From a virus (taxonomy: Duplodnaviria > Caudoviricetes), in IMG/VR virus record IMGVR_UViG_3300037424_000758, positions 1-36,992 of that record: a stretch of 36,992 nucleotides of DNA; one strand, 5' to 3'. The translations under genes were made by a program, and so were the position numbers. Position 1 is the first letter of the stretch, and every line of letters begins with the position of its first letter. Positions 14,370 through 24,346 of this stretch are shown here, piece by piece. A model generated the notes under the pieces. It was not told where the DNA came from, ran no database searches, and was given only the letters and a program-made list of their open reading frames with translations.

Positions 14370-16022
14370 ATGTCCTACTTCGAACGCGCTGTGCGCTACG
14401 CGCAGCGCGTGATCGCGGGCGAGATTGTCGCCTGCAAGCTCACGCGCCTGGCCTGTGAGCGATTCCTGAAAGACCTGGCCCGCACCGATTGGAACTGGCG
14501 CTTCGATGAAGCGCTGGCCACGCGGGCCTGCACGTTCATCGAGCACCTGCCGCACATCAAGGGCCAGTGGGCACGGCAGCGGCTGAAGATCGTGCTGGAG
14601 GACTGGCAGGTTTTCATCATCTGCAACCTGTTCGGCTGGGTAGACCGCGAAACCGGGCTGCGGCGGTTCATCACCTGCTACCTGGAGGTGGCGCGCAAGA
14701 ATGCAAAGTCGACGCTGGCCGCCGGCATCGGGCTCTACATGCTGGCGGCCGACGGCGAGCCGGGCGCCGAGGTCTACAGCGCGGCGACCACCGGCGACCA
14801 GGCGCGCATCGTGTTCGACGTGGCGCGGCAGATGGTGCTGCGCGAGGCGGACTTCATCCGCGGCGGCATCGACCCGCAGCGGCATGGGCTCTACATGCCG
14901 GACGACGCGCGCAAGTTCGAGCCGCTGAACGCGGAAGGCTCGACGCTTGACGGCCTGAACCCGCACTGCACCATCATCGACGAGCTGCACGCCCACAAGC
15001 GGCGCGACGTCTACGACGTGCTGGACACCGCCCGCGGCGCGCGCGACCAGAGCCTGCTGGCCAGCATCACCACCGCCGGCAGCGACCGCGCCGGCATCTG
15101 CTACGAGCAGCGCACCTACGTGGTCAAGGTGCTCGAAGGCGTGTTCGACGATGAGCGCTACTTCGGCGTGATCTACACGCTCGACGACGACGACGACTGG
15201 ACCGACCCGGCGGTGTGGCCAAAGGCCAACCCAAACTACGGCGTCTCGGTCCTGGCTGACGACTTCGAACGCAGCGCGCGCGAGGCGATGAACAAGCCTT
15301 CCGCGCAGAACAACTTTCTCACCAAGCGGCTCAACGTCTGGGTCAACGCCGACAGCGCCTGGATGGACATGCGCGCCTGGGACCGCTGCGGCAACCCGGC
15401 GCTCAAGATCGACGACTTCGAAGGCGAAGAGTGCCTGGCCGCATTCGACCTCGCCAGCAAGGTCGACATCGCCGCCAAGATCCGGCTGTTCCGCCGCGGC
15501 ACCAAGTATTTCACCTTCGGCACCTACTACCTGCCCGAACACGCCGCCGAGGATGGCCGCAACAGCCAGTACAGCGGCTGGGCGCGCATGGGCAAGCTCG
15601 TCGTCACCGACGGCAACGTGGTCGACTACGACCGCATCGAGACCGACCTGAAGGAAGACGCCGGCCGCTTCCAGCTGGTGGAAGCGCCCTACGACCCGTT
15701 CCAGGCCATGCAGTTCAGCCAGCGCATGCAGGCCGAAGGCCTGCCCATGGTCGAGATGCGGCCCACCGTGCTGAACTTCAGCGAGCCGATGAAGGAACTG
15801 GAAAAGCTCGTGCTCGAAGGCAACATCGAGCACGACGGCGACCCGGTGCTGACGTGGATGGTATCCAACGTCGTCTGCCACCGCGACGCCAAAGACAACA
15901 TCTACCCGCGCAAAGAGCGCGAAGAAAACAAGATCGACGGCGTCGTCGCGCTGATCATGGCGCTTGGGCGTGCGATGGCTGGACGCGAAGAAACCCCACA
16001 ACCCGGAATCGAGGTCTGGTAA
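14370..16022 (+). CDS. terL: Terminase large subunit
   Basis: VARKNAKST Walker A, IIDELHAH Walker B, KIDGVVALIMA. Confidence 0.97.
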   Translation: MSYFERAVRYAQRVIAGEIVACKLTRLACERFLKDLARTDWNWRFDEALATRACTFIEHLPHIKGQWARQRLKIVLEDWQVFIICNLFGWVDRETGLRRFITCYLEVARKNAKSTLAAGIGLYMLAADGEPGAEVYSAATTGDQARIVFDVARQMVLREADFIRGGIDPQRHGLYMPDDARKFEPLNAEGSTLDGLNPHCTIIDELHAHKRRDVYDVLDTARGARDQSLLASITTAGSDRAGICYEQRTYVVKVLEGVFDDERYFGVIYTLDDDDDWTDPAVWPKANPNYGVSVLADDFERSAREAMNKPSAQNNFLTKRLNVWVNADSAWMDMRAWDRCGNPALKIDDFEGEECLAAFDLASKVDIAAKIRLFRRGTKYFTFGTYYLPEHAAEDGRNSQYSGWARMGKLVVTDGNVVDYDRIETDLKEDAGRFQLVEAPYDPFQAMQFSQRMQAEGLPMVEMRPTVLNFSEPMKELEKLVLEGNIEHDGDPVLTWMVSNVVCHRDAKDNIYPRKEREENKIDGVVALIMALGRAMAGREETPQPGIEVW

Positions 16023-16025
16023 TCC

Positions 16026-17246
16026 GTGAAACTTATCTGGCCCTGGGCCAAAAAAGCCGTCCGCCCGTCCGACCTCGCGCTCGAACTGCTGGAGCAGTCC
16101 GCCAGCCGTGCCGGCGTGCGCGTCACATGGGAGACCGCACTGCAGGCGTCCACCGCCATGGCGTGCTCGCGCGTCATCGCCGAAGGCCTGGCCCAAGTGC
16201 CGCTCAAGCTCTACCGCGCGCTGCCCGGCGGCGGATCCGAGCCCGCGCGCGATCACCCGCTCTACAACATCATCTCCACCGCGCCGAACAGCCACACCAC
16301 CAGCTACGAATGGCGCGAGACCTACGGCCTGCACCTGGCGCTGCTCAACCGCAGCTATGCCTACATCAACCGCATCGGCATCGGCCGCGCGCAGTCGATC
16401 GAACTGCTGCCGCTGATTCCGGACAACGTCCGCACCGAACTGGCCAGCGCCGGCGGCCTGCGCTACTTCGTCCGCTTCGGCGGCAAAGGGGATGAAATCG
16501 AAGTGCCAGCCGCAAACATGCTGCACTTCAAAGGCCCCAGCTGGAACGCGCTGGAAGGCCTGGACGGCATCCGCCTCGCGCGCGAAGCCATCGGACTCGC
16601 CCTGGCCACCGAAGAACATGGCTCGCGCCTGTTCAAGAACGGCGCCATGCCGGGCGGCCTGCTGACGACCGAAGCGACCCTGAACAAGGAACAGTCGGAC
16701 GCCCTGAAAACCTCGTGGCAGGAAGCCCAGGGCGGACTCTCAAACGCCTACAAGACCGCCGTCCTCTGGGGCGGCATGAAATACCAGCCGCGCGCCATGC
16801 AAAACGATCAGGCGCAGTGGATCGAAGTCCGTCGCTTCCAGGTCAGCGAAGTGTGCCGCTTCTTCCGCATTCTGCCCATCATGGTCGGCGAGGCCGAAAA
16901 GACCGCCACCTACGCCAGCAGCGAGCAGATGTTCCTCGCCCACGTCGTCCACAGCATGGGCCCGTGGTATGTCCGCATCGAACAGCGCCTCGACCTGCAG
17001 CTGCTCACCGAGCAGGAACGCCGCGACGGCTATTTCTTCCGCCACAACCTGGCTGGACTCATGCGCGGCAGCCACGAAGCCCGCGCCAACTACTACAGCA
17101 AAGCGCTCGGCGCCGGCGGCTCGCCGGCCTGGATGACGCAGGACGAAGTCCGCGCGCTCGACGAACTCAACCCCATGGGCGGCATCGCCTCCCAGCTTCC
17201 GGTCGCCACCAACGTGCCGGCCGCACCCGCACCGACAGGAGCCTGA
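16026..17246 (+). CDS. Portal protein (HK97 family)
   Basis: IAEGLAQVPLKLY, FKNGAMPGG; follows terL. Confidence 0.95.
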   Translation: MKLIWPWAKKAVRPSDLALELLEQSASRAGVRVTWETALQASTAMACSRVIAEGLAQVPLKLYRALPGGGSEPARDHPLYNIISTAPNSHTTSYEWRETYGLHLALLNRSYAYINRIGIGRAQSIELLPLIPDNVRTELASAGGLRYFVRFGGKGDEIEVPAANMLHFKGPSWNALEGLDGIRLAREAIGLALATEEHGSRLFKNGAMPGGLLTTEATLNKEQSDALKTSWQEAQGGLSNAYKTAVLWGGMKYQPRAMQNDQAQWIEVRRFQVSEVCRFFRILPIMVGEAEKTATYASSEQMFLAHVVHSMGPWYVRIEQRLDLQLLTEQERRDGYFFRHNLAGLMRGSHEARANYYSKALGAGGSPAWMTQDEVRALDELNPMGGIASQLPVATNVPAAPAPTGA

Positions 17247-17248
17247 CC

Positions 17249-17965
17249 ATGCGCCACCTTGCCTGCCAATTCAACGAAATCAAGCTCGCGCCGCCCGACG
17301 CATCCACCGGCACCGAGACCATGACCTTCTCCGGCTACGGCGCCGTCTTCGGCAACGTCGATGCCTACGGCGACGTTATCCAGCCCGGCGCGTTCGCGTC
17401 CTACCTGTCCGACGCACAGGCCGGCCGCCAGCCGTGGCCCGCCATGCTCAGCCAGCACGGCGGCTACGGCATGAGCGCCGAAGACATGACCCCGGTCGGC
17501 ATCTGGACCAGTCTGGCCGAAGACGGCCACGGCCTCAAGGTCGAGGGCAAGTTCGCCGACACTCCGCGCGGGCGCGAGCTGTACGCCCTGATGAAGATGG
17601 AGCCGCGGCCCGCCATCGACGGCATGAGCATCGGCTACATCGCCAAGGACTTCGCTCCGCGCAGCAAGCCGGAAGACCCGCGCCGCACGCTCAAGCGCAT
17701 CGACCTCATCGAAATCAGCCCGGTGACATTCCCTGCCAACCGGCTCGCCCGTGTCGGCAGCGTCAAGAGCCTGGACCAGCTTTCAAGCATCAGAGAAATC
17801 GAAGATTACCTACGGGATGTGGGTGGTTTTTCACAAGGTGAGGCCAAAGGCCTTATCGCACGCATCAAGTCGGCCGATCCACGTGAAGCGGAAGCAGACC
17901 TGGCGCAACTCGCTGCATCACTTACCCGCAACATCAATTCCGTGAAAGGACTCCACCATGTCTGA
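17249..17965 (+). CDS. Prohead protease (HK97 family)
   Basis: FSGYGAVFGNVDAYGD, GMSIGY, EISPVTFPAN. Confidence 0.95.
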   Translation: MRHLACQFNEIKLAPPDASTGTETMTFSGYGAVFGNVDAYGDVIQPGAFASYLSDAQAGRQPWPAMLSQHGGYGMSAEDMTPVGIWTSLAEDGHGLKVEGKFADTPRGRELYALMKMEPRPAIDGMSIGYIAKDFAPRSKPEDPRRTLKRIDLIEISPVTFPANRLARVGSVKSLDQLSSIREIEDYLRDVGGFSQGEAKGLIARIKSADPREAEADLAQLAASLTRNINSVKGLHHV

Positions 17966-19175
17966 CGTACTCGAAATCAAGAACCTGATCGACGCCCAGG
18001 GCAAAGCCTGGGAGGAATTCAAATCCGCCAACGACGCCCGCCTGGATCAAATCGAGCAGAAAGGCCACGCCGCCGAAGACGTCGTCGCCAAGGTCGCCAC
18101 CATCAACGCCGACCTCGACAAGCTGTCCAAGGACATCGCCGACCAGATGCTCAAGCTGCAGCGCCCCAACATGGGCGACAGCAAGGGCCTCACCTCCGAG
18201 CAGGTCGAGCACAAGCAGGCGCTGCACGGCTACCTCACCAAGGGCGACACCAACGGCCTCAAGGACATCGAGCGCAAGGCGATCTCCAGCCTGATCGACA
18301 CCTCGGCCGGCTACCTGGTCACCGAAGAGATGGATGCCCAGATCGACCGCGTGATGCCCACCCTGTCGGCCATGTTCCGCATTGCCCGCACCGTCAACGT
18401 CGGCACCCAGAAATGGTCCAAGCGCACCAAGACCAGCGGCATGACCATGGCCCGCCCCGGACAGGGCGGCACCTCCGGCGAAACCACCCCGCCGAACTGG
18501 GCCAAGGTCGAGATCGAAGCGCACAACGCCGAAGTCGAGCCGTGGGTCGAGAACGAAACGCTGGAAGATGCCGACATCGACCTGGCTATGGATCTGGCCG
18601 ACGAAGCCGCCATCGCCTTCGCCGAAGGCCTGGGCGCCGAGTACATCAGCGGCAACGGCGTCGGCAAGGCGCGCGGCATCACCGCCTACGACATGGTTGC
18701 CAACGCCTCGTATGCCTGGGGCAAGGTCGGCTACATCGCATCCGGCAAATCCGGCGCCTTCGCCTCGGTCGCCCCGGCGGACAAGATCATCGACCTGCAG
18801 CACGCCCTCAAGGCGCAGTACCGCAACGGTGCCGTGTTCCTCATGTCCGACGCCACCCTCGCATCGGTGCGCCAGATGAAGGACAGCTCCGGCGCCTACT
18901 ACCTGTGGCAGCCCGACACCACCGCCGGCTTCGGCGGCCGTCTGCTCGGCAGCCCGGTCGAGGTCGACGACAACATGCCCGTTGTCGCCGCCAACAGCCT
19001 GTCCATGGCCTACGGCAACTTCCAGCGCGGCTATGCCATCGTCAACCGCCGCGGCACCGTGCTGATCCGCGACAACCTGACGCAAAAGGGCGTGACCAAG
19101 TTCAACTTCACCCGCCGCGCCGGCGGTGGCATCTACAACTTCGAAGCCATCAAGCTGATGAAGTTCGCCGCCTAA
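17958..19175 (+). CDS. Major capsid protein (HK97 fold)
   Basis: Coiled-coil delta domain, GYLVTEE, YLWQP, LLGSPV. Confidence 0.95.
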   Translation: MSDVLEIKNLIDAQGKAWEEFKSANDARLDQIEQKGHAAEDVVAKVATINADLDKLSKDIADQMLKLQRPNMGDSKGLTSEQVEHKQALHGYLTKGDTNGLKDIERKAISSLIDTSAGYLVTEEMDAQIDRVMPTLSAMFRIARTVNVGTQKWSKRTKTSGMTMARPGQGGTSGETTPPNWAKVEIEAHNAEVEPWVENETLEDADIDLAMDLADEAAIAFAEGLGAEYISGNGVGKARGITAYDMVANASYAWGKVGYIASGKSGAFASVAPADKIIDLQHALKAQYRNGAVFLMSDATLASVRQMKDSSGAYYLWQPDTTAGFGGRLLGSPVEVDDNMPVVAANSLSMAYGNFQRGYAIVNRRGTVLIRDNLTQKGVTKFNFTRRAGGGIYNFEAIKLMKFAA

Positions 19176-19197
19176 CAGCAGCAATCCAAAGCCAACC

Positions 19198-19226
19198 AAA
19201 AAGGCCCGCCCCGCGCGGGCCTTTTT
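19198..19226 (+). terminator. Intrinsic terminator after capsid gene
   Basis: AAAAAGGCCCGC-loop-GCGGGCCTTTTT. Confidence 0.85.
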
Positions 19227-19253
19227 CATTTCCTGAACTGAAAGGACACCACC

Positions 19254-19682
19254 ATGAACGACCTCCACAACAACGCCCGCACCAAGGTCGCCATCGCGCC
19301 CGTCGCGGTCGGCACCACCGGCACCGGCCAAACCGGCAAAGTCATCGACCGCCAGGGCTACGGCGGCGTCGAGTTCATCAACGCCATCGGCAGCATCACC
19401 TCCTCGACAGCGGTCATCACCGTCACCGTCAAGGAAGGCGACGCCACCGGCTCGCTCACCAGCGTCGCCGACGCCGACCTGCTCGGCACCGAGCTGCTGG
19501 CAGGCGTGGCAGCCGGCGCCCGCGCCAGCGGCACCACCAAAAACGTCACCACCCGCATCGGCTACCGCGGCGACAAGCGCTACGTCCAGTGCAACATCAA
19601 GAGCACCGCCACCGCCGGCACCCTGATCAGCTCCACCGCCGTCCTGCACAACCCGTCGATCGCCCCGACCGACAACCCCTAA
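19254..19682 (+). CDS. Putative head decoration protein
   Basis: 142-aa Thr/Gly-rich predicted beta protein after MCP; IGYRGDKRYV. Confidence 0.6.
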   Translation: MNDLHNNARTKVAIAPVAVGTTGTGQTGKVIDRQGYGGVEFINAIGSITSSTAVITVTVKEGDATGSLTSVADADLLGTELLAGVAAGARASGTTKNVTTRIGYRGDKRYVQCNIKSTATAGTLISSTAVLHNPSIAPTDNP

Positions 19683-19757
19683 GCCCGGGTAAGGCTTCAA
19701 GAATGGGGCGGGCGCTCATCCCGTCCGCCGCCGTGCAACCCGGCACCCATCAACCCT

Positions 19758-21170
19758 ATGGATGAGATAGGCCAGAACATGCTTTTAAGCGGCGAAAGAC
19801 AAGTCACCCCCAACATGAACGAGATCCGCGCCGATCACCGCGCCCGCTACCAATGGGCTGCCCAGCAGCTCAAAGGCGCGCGCGTGCTCGACCTCTGCTG
19901 CGGCATCGGCTATGGAAGCAAACTGCTGGCCGAGGCAGGATGCAAAGTCGAAGCGTGGGACATCGACGGCGAGAGCCTGGTCTACGCAAAGCGCCACCAC
20001 GGCCATGCGAACATCGAACATCTGCGCGGCGACCTTGGCAGCGCGGACGTCGCCTTCGACTTCAACGACGCCGCCGTCTGCTTCGAAGGCATCGAACATA
20101 TCGCCGATCCGCGCCCCATGCTGCGCGCCGCCGCTGCGGCTGCCCCCATCCTGCTGTGCAGCGTCCCCGACGAAGACGGCTTCCCCTACCGCCAGCCCGA
20201 CGGCAGCACCGTCGCCTTCCATCACCGCCACTACACCATCCACGAATTCATCGGCCTGCTCAACGAATGCGGATGGTCCGTCGCCCGCCTCGGCCGCCAG
20301 GAAGGCCCCGAGTCCGACGTCGAAGAACTGCGCGACGGCGCGGCCTACTACCCGGCCCGCACCATCGTCGCCTACTGCGTGCGCACCGCCGACCTGCATC
20401 AGATGGTCCGCGAGGATACCGAAGCCGCGCCCGAGCAGCATACGCCGGCCGCCCCCGGCCCCGAACACATCGCCATCCTCGGCCTCGGTCCCAGCCTCGA
20501 AGAATACGTCAACATCACCAAGCGCCTCGGCGGCAAACACGCCTTCTGCGACGAAGTCTGGGGCATCAACGCCGTCGGCGGCACCATCATGTGCGACCGC
20601 ATCTTCCATATGGACGACGTCCGCATCCAGGAGCGCCGCGCCGGCGCGCTGCCCGAGAGCAACATCGCCCGCATGATGGAATGGCTGCGCGTTCACCCCG
20701 GCCCCATCGTCACCAGCCGCGCCCACCCCGACTATCCAGGCCTGGTCGAATACCCGCTCGAGGACGTGCTCAACCACCTCGGCCACGACTATTTCAACAG
20801 CACCGCCGCCTATGCCGTCGCCTACGCCATTCACATCGGCGCCAAGCGCATCAGCCTGTTCGGCTGCGACTACACCTATCCAAACGCCCACGACGCCGAA
20901 AAGGGTCGCGCCTGCGTCGAATTCTGGCTCGGCGTCGCCGTCGCCCGTGGCATCAAAATCGCCATCGCCAAAAGCAGCAGCCTCATGGACGCCCTGCACA
21001 GCCGGCAGGAAAGGCTCTACGGCTACGACACCCTGAACATCGACCTCAAGGTTGACGAAGCCGGCCGCGCAAAACTCACGTTCACCGAGCGCGAGCAGAT
21101 ACCCACGGCAGAAGAGATCGAAGCGCGCTACGACCACAGTGCGCACCCGAACGCACTCGTGAAAGGCTGA
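19758..21170 (+). CDS. SAM-dependent methyltransferase fused to a Rossmann-like transferase-type domain
   Basis: HRARY...VLDLCCGIGYG...FEGIEH N-domain; IAILGLGPSL...VWGIN...ISLFGCDY C-domain. Confidence 0.75.
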   Translation: MDEIGQNMLLSGERQVTPNMNEIRADHRARYQWAAQQLKGARVLDLCCGIGYGSKLLAEAGCKVEAWDIDGESLVYAKRHHGHANIEHLRGDLGSADVAFDFNDAAVCFEGIEHIADPRPMLRAAAAAAPILLCSVPDEDGFPYRQPDGSTVAFHHRHYTIHEFIGLLNECGWSVARLGRQEGPESDVEELRDGAAYYPARTIVAYCVRTADLHQMVREDTEAAPEQHTPAAPGPEHIAILGLGPSLEEYVNITKRLGGKHAFCDEVWGINAVGGTIMCDRIFHMDDVRIQERRAGALPESNIARMMEWLRVHPGPIVTSRAHPDYPGLVEYPLEDVLNHLGHDYFNSTAAYAVAYAIHIGAKRISLFGCDYTYPNAHDAEKGRACVEFWLGVAVARGIKIAIAKSSSLMDALHSRQERLYGYDTLNIDLKVDEAGRAKLTFTEREQIPTAEEIEARYDHSAHPNALVKG

Positions 21171-21174
21171 TGAA

Positions 21175-22872
21175 ATGACAGATCGATACAAAGTCCCAGG
21201 CATCAGCCTTCCGAGCGTACCTGTTGCGGATGATCTTGATGGCGAGGAACTGGTTCTTGTTCTTGAGAACGGCGAACTCAAACTGAAAGCGGCACGAACG
21301 GTCGCGCAGTCTCTGCTGCAAACCGTCAACGGCGCTACCGTCTTGGTGGGGGCGGATGGGGTGGCGCTGCTAAATAACGGATCAGCGGTTGCAGCCCCAT
21401 ACATCCTTGCGTCATGGGGAGACAGCCGCGCAAACGTTACGGCCATCACAGCGCCGACATTTGACGTATCTGCGTCGGCAAAGACGTTATACAGGTCTGC
21501 CTCATGGGTTGAGGCTTTGATGGGCGATGCCGACCTTCAATACAATTTTGGGTATTCCGGTGGAACGGCCGCAAACTGGGACATTCTTACAGCATCAGAC
21601 CGTGCCACGCATGGCAAAACCATCAAGGCGCTTGAAGCGATATACACTGATGTGGTTGTCATGCAGCTTGGCGTGAATGACGCCATTGCAGGTACAGCTG
21701 CTGCGACCATCGTTGGGTATCTCAAAGAGAACATCGTAGAGATACTCAAGCAAGGCAAGCGGCTTCTCTTCGAGGCGATCTATCCGGTCAACACACCCGG
21801 AACGAACTATGAGGCGGCACAGGTAATCGTAGATGCGGTCAATGCTTCAATGGCTGCGTGGGTTCCCACCTTGCCAGCAAGCTCGATCAAGTATGTCGAT
21901 GTGGCGACCCCGCTCAAGGACGCGAACGGCTATCTCAGCACAGCGTATTCCGATGCGACCGGCATCCATCCTAATGCGGCTGCTGCAAAGCTCATAGCCG
22001 CGCTCGACGTTGCCGCAATACGTGAGTGGTTGCCCAAACGGGTAGCGCAGTTTTACTCCCCGGAGCCAAAAGCTCCGAACATGCTCAACCTGTTCAACCC
22101 CACCACTCCGCAGAATCAAGTATTCCTCACTGCCGTAGGCGGATCTACTTGGGCCGCCATCTCACCGACTGTGGGGGAGGATTCGTATGGATCGTACATC
22201 GACATTGACCTTCAGCCGACCGCACTTGCCTCAGGTGTGGCAACGGCGAGAATTGATTTTTCGGCAAACTTCAACACGTCGGTATCGCCGTACTACGCCC
22301 TTCTCGGCAACGAGAAAATCCAGGGCGGGGTAAAGTGCATCATTGACGACGGCAACGGTGGCGCATCATCTGTCATTGGTTTCGGGTTCAGGCAGCGCAA
22401 TTACACCGCCGCCGCCTACAACGATTGGGGTATCTCTGCTGCCGTGGCAAGCACAGAACCTGCAATCGGTTATGTAGATGCTCAGGTCAACACGCCTAAG
22501 CTGCTCAACCTGACAGCCTCCGCAAGTGCTGTACCATCAGCCGGATCGGGGTATCAGCTTCAGTTTTTTATCTGTGTCAACACGTTGGATGCTTTGCGTG
22601 TGCGTGTCTACAACCCCAGGCTTGGTGCTGTCGGGTTTGTGAATTCTGTTCTGACTGCCGCGAGTTTCGACATCCCTGCATCAACTGTTGCGTACACCAA
22701 TGCGAGCACCGGGAAACAGCAAATCACAGTCGGCGGCGGAACGGTGTCTGAAATTGCGCTCAACGGGGTTGCCACCGGTCTTACCGCTGGAGTGTTCATC
22801 CTTAACCCAGGCGATACCATGACGCCGACCTACTCGGCTGCGCCGACGTGGACCATTAATCATATCCAGTAG
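21175..22872 (+). CDS. SGNH/GDSL hydrolase-domain protein, possibly virion-associated
   Basis: WGDS, GYSG, GVND and DATGIHPN blocks; appears lower in GC than flanks. Confidence 0.8.
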   Translation: MTDRYKVPGISLPSVPVADDLDGEELVLVLENGELKLKAARTVAQSLLQTVNGATVLVGADGVALLNNGSAVAAPYILASWGDSRANVTAITAPTFDVSASAKTLYRSASWVEALMGDADLQYNFGYSGGTAANWDILTASDRATHGKTIKALEAIYTDVVVMQLGVNDAIAGTAAATIVGYLKENIVEILKQGKRLLFEAIYPVNTPGTNYEAAQVIVDAVNASMAAWVPTLPASSIKYVDVATPLKDANGYLSTAYSDATGIHPNAAAAKLIAALDVAAIREWLPKRVAQFYSPEPKAPNMLNLFNPTTPQNQVFLTAVGGSTWAAISPTVGEDSYGSYIDIDLQPTALASGVATARIDFSANFNTSVSPYYALLGNEKIQGGVKCIIDDGNGGASSVIGFGFRQRNYTAAAYNDWGISAAVASTEPAIGYVDAQVNTPKLLNLTASASAVPSAGSGYQLQFFICVNTLDALRVRVYNPRLGAVGFVNSVLTAASFDIPASTVAYTNASTGKQQITVGGGTVSEIALNGVATGLTAGVFILNPGDTMTPTYSAAPTWTINHIQ

Positions 22873-22953
22873 GCCTGATGACCTCCCGCACCATCCGCCC
22901 CCATCGAAATCACCGCGCCCCTGCGAGTGATTGAGGGATAGCACAACCAACAC

Positions 22954-22975
22954 AGCCGCCTTCGGGTGGCTTTTT
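22954..22975 (+). terminator. Intrinsic terminator
   Basis: AGCCGCC-TTCG-GGTGGCT-TTTT. Confidence 0.8.
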
Positions 22976-23003
22976 CTTGCCCCGCAACCCACCAGGAGCC
23001 ACC

Positions 23004-23237
23004 ATGTATCAGACAAAAGCCGCAATCAAAAGCGTCGGCGTCGTTTCCCAGCTGCTGGCCATTGCCGTCATCGTCGCCAAGATGAGCGGCGTCGACATCG
23101 GTGAAGACGTCGCCGGACTGCCAGAGAAGGTCGGGGCCGCGGTCGATGCCGGCGCGATACTCGTGCTTGAGCTGACCGCGCTGTGGGGGCGCCTGCGCGC
23201 CAACAAGCGGATCAGCGGCCTCTTCTCGGAGAAGTAA
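23004..23237 (+). CDS. Holin-like membrane protein
   Basis: 77 aa, two hydrophobic segments, basic C-terminus, AGGAG RBS. Confidence 0.55.
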   Translation: MYQTKAAIKSVGVVSQLLAIAVIVAKMSGVDIGEDVAGLPEKVGAAVDAGAILVLELTALWGRLRANKRISGLFSEK

Positions 23238-23242
23238 GTCCG

Positions 23243-23518
23243 ATGGAACGCCGAGACGACCGATGGCATGTTGGGCGTGAAATCCCCATTGCGCTCATCT
23301 TCGCGCTCATCGTGCAAACCGCCGGCTGGATTTGGTGGGCTGCCACGCAGTCGGCCAAGCTCGACACGCTGACCGCCATGGTGTCCGAATTCAAGGCCGC
23401 GCAGTACACGCAGAACGATGCTCGGCGCGATCAGGAAATCAACCTCGGGCGCGACCGCGACATGGCGCGCCGGATCGATATGCTTGAGGGCGACAAGATG
23501 TCGCGCCTGCGCAGATGA
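23243..23518 (+). CDS. Single-TM phage protein (lysis region)
   Basis: WHVGREIPIALIFALIVQT TM plus coiled coil. Confidence 0.7.
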   Translation: MERRDDRWHVGREIPIALIFALIVQTAGWIWWAATQSAKLDTLTAMVSEFKAAQYTQNDARRDQEINLGRDRDMARRIDMLEGDKMSRLRR

Positions 23519-23700
23519 GAAAACTCACCGTCCACCTCCACATCTGGTTCAACGACCTGGCCGCCGAGTCCACCGACGCCGCGTCCGAGGCCGTCAAGCA
23601 GGCGCTGGTCGAAATGCACGGGCATTGCAAGGACGAACTCACGTTGGCGCTTGAATCTGTCGGCGCCAAGGACGTGCGGCTGGAAACGGTGGTGTTCTGA
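23515..23700 (+). CDS. Hypothetical protein
   Basis: 61-aa ORF translationally coupled on both sides. Confidence 0.6.
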   Translation: MRKLTVHLHIWFNDLAAESTDAASEAVKQALVEMHGHCKDELTLALESVGAKDVRLETVVF

Positions 23701-24101
23701 TGGAGATCAAGTTCGGTTTCCTCACCGCGCTCAACGTCGCCAAGGTGCGCGAGGCAGACAGCACCGGGCGCAGCACCTGGCGGCTGCAGACCGACCTCGC
23801 CTACCTGTCCGAGCGCTACGGGATGATCGTCGTCGAGGCTGGCTTCGAAACCGACTTTGCCAGCGTGCCGCGCGCGCCGTTCGCCTTCTGGCTCACCGGT
23901 GGCACCGCCGAGGCCAGCGCCGTCATCCACGACTACCTGGTGCGGTTCCACTACCCGCTGGTGAAAATCAGCTGGCGCGGCGCCGCCGACGTATTCCGCG
24001 AGGCGATGAAACACGAAGGCGTGCCAGCCTGGCGCCGCTGGTTGATGTATCAGGCCGTTCTGGGCGCCGACCCCGCCAAACACTGGGAGACCGAAGCATG
24101 A
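23700..24101 (+). CDS. DUF1353-family protein
   Basis: GFETDFASVPR...AVIHDYL...ADVFREAM. Confidence 0.85.
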   Translation: MEIKFGFLTALNVAKVREADSTGRSTWRLQTDLAYLSERYGMIVVEAGFETDFASVPRAPFAFWLTGGTAEASAVIHDYLVRFHYPLVKISWRGAADVFREAMKHEGVPAWRRWLMYQAVLGADPAKHWETEA

Positions 24102-24346
24102 AATATTCCATCCTGCTTGCCGCGCTGCTGACGATCATCCTCAACGGCTGCGCCAGCTTCGACGCCGCGCAAACCGCAGCCGCCACCCGCGGCGCGCAGG
24201 CCGCCGACGACGTGCGCGAAACTGCCGAGTGGACCCTATGCAACGGCATCACCGTCGGCGCCTGGCGCCGCGCCTATGCCGGCGACAGCGACAGGGCGGC
24301 CGGCTGGGCGGCGTTATGTACTCCATCCGCCGGGCAGCCCAAATGA
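24098..24346 (+). CDS. Lipoprotein (lysis region)
   Basis: Signal peptide with lipobox LNGC. Confidence 0.75.
   Translation: MKYSILLAALLTIILNGCASFDAAQTAAATRGAQAADDVRETAEWTLCNGITVGAWRRAYAGDSDRAAGWAALCTPSAGQPK

Noticed and set aside
10091-21449. Long minus-strand ORFs (10091-11794, 13734-16619, 17934-19700, 19785-21449)
   Set aside because: GC-rich antisense shadows of dnaB, terminase, capsid and methyltransferase genes, with no motifs
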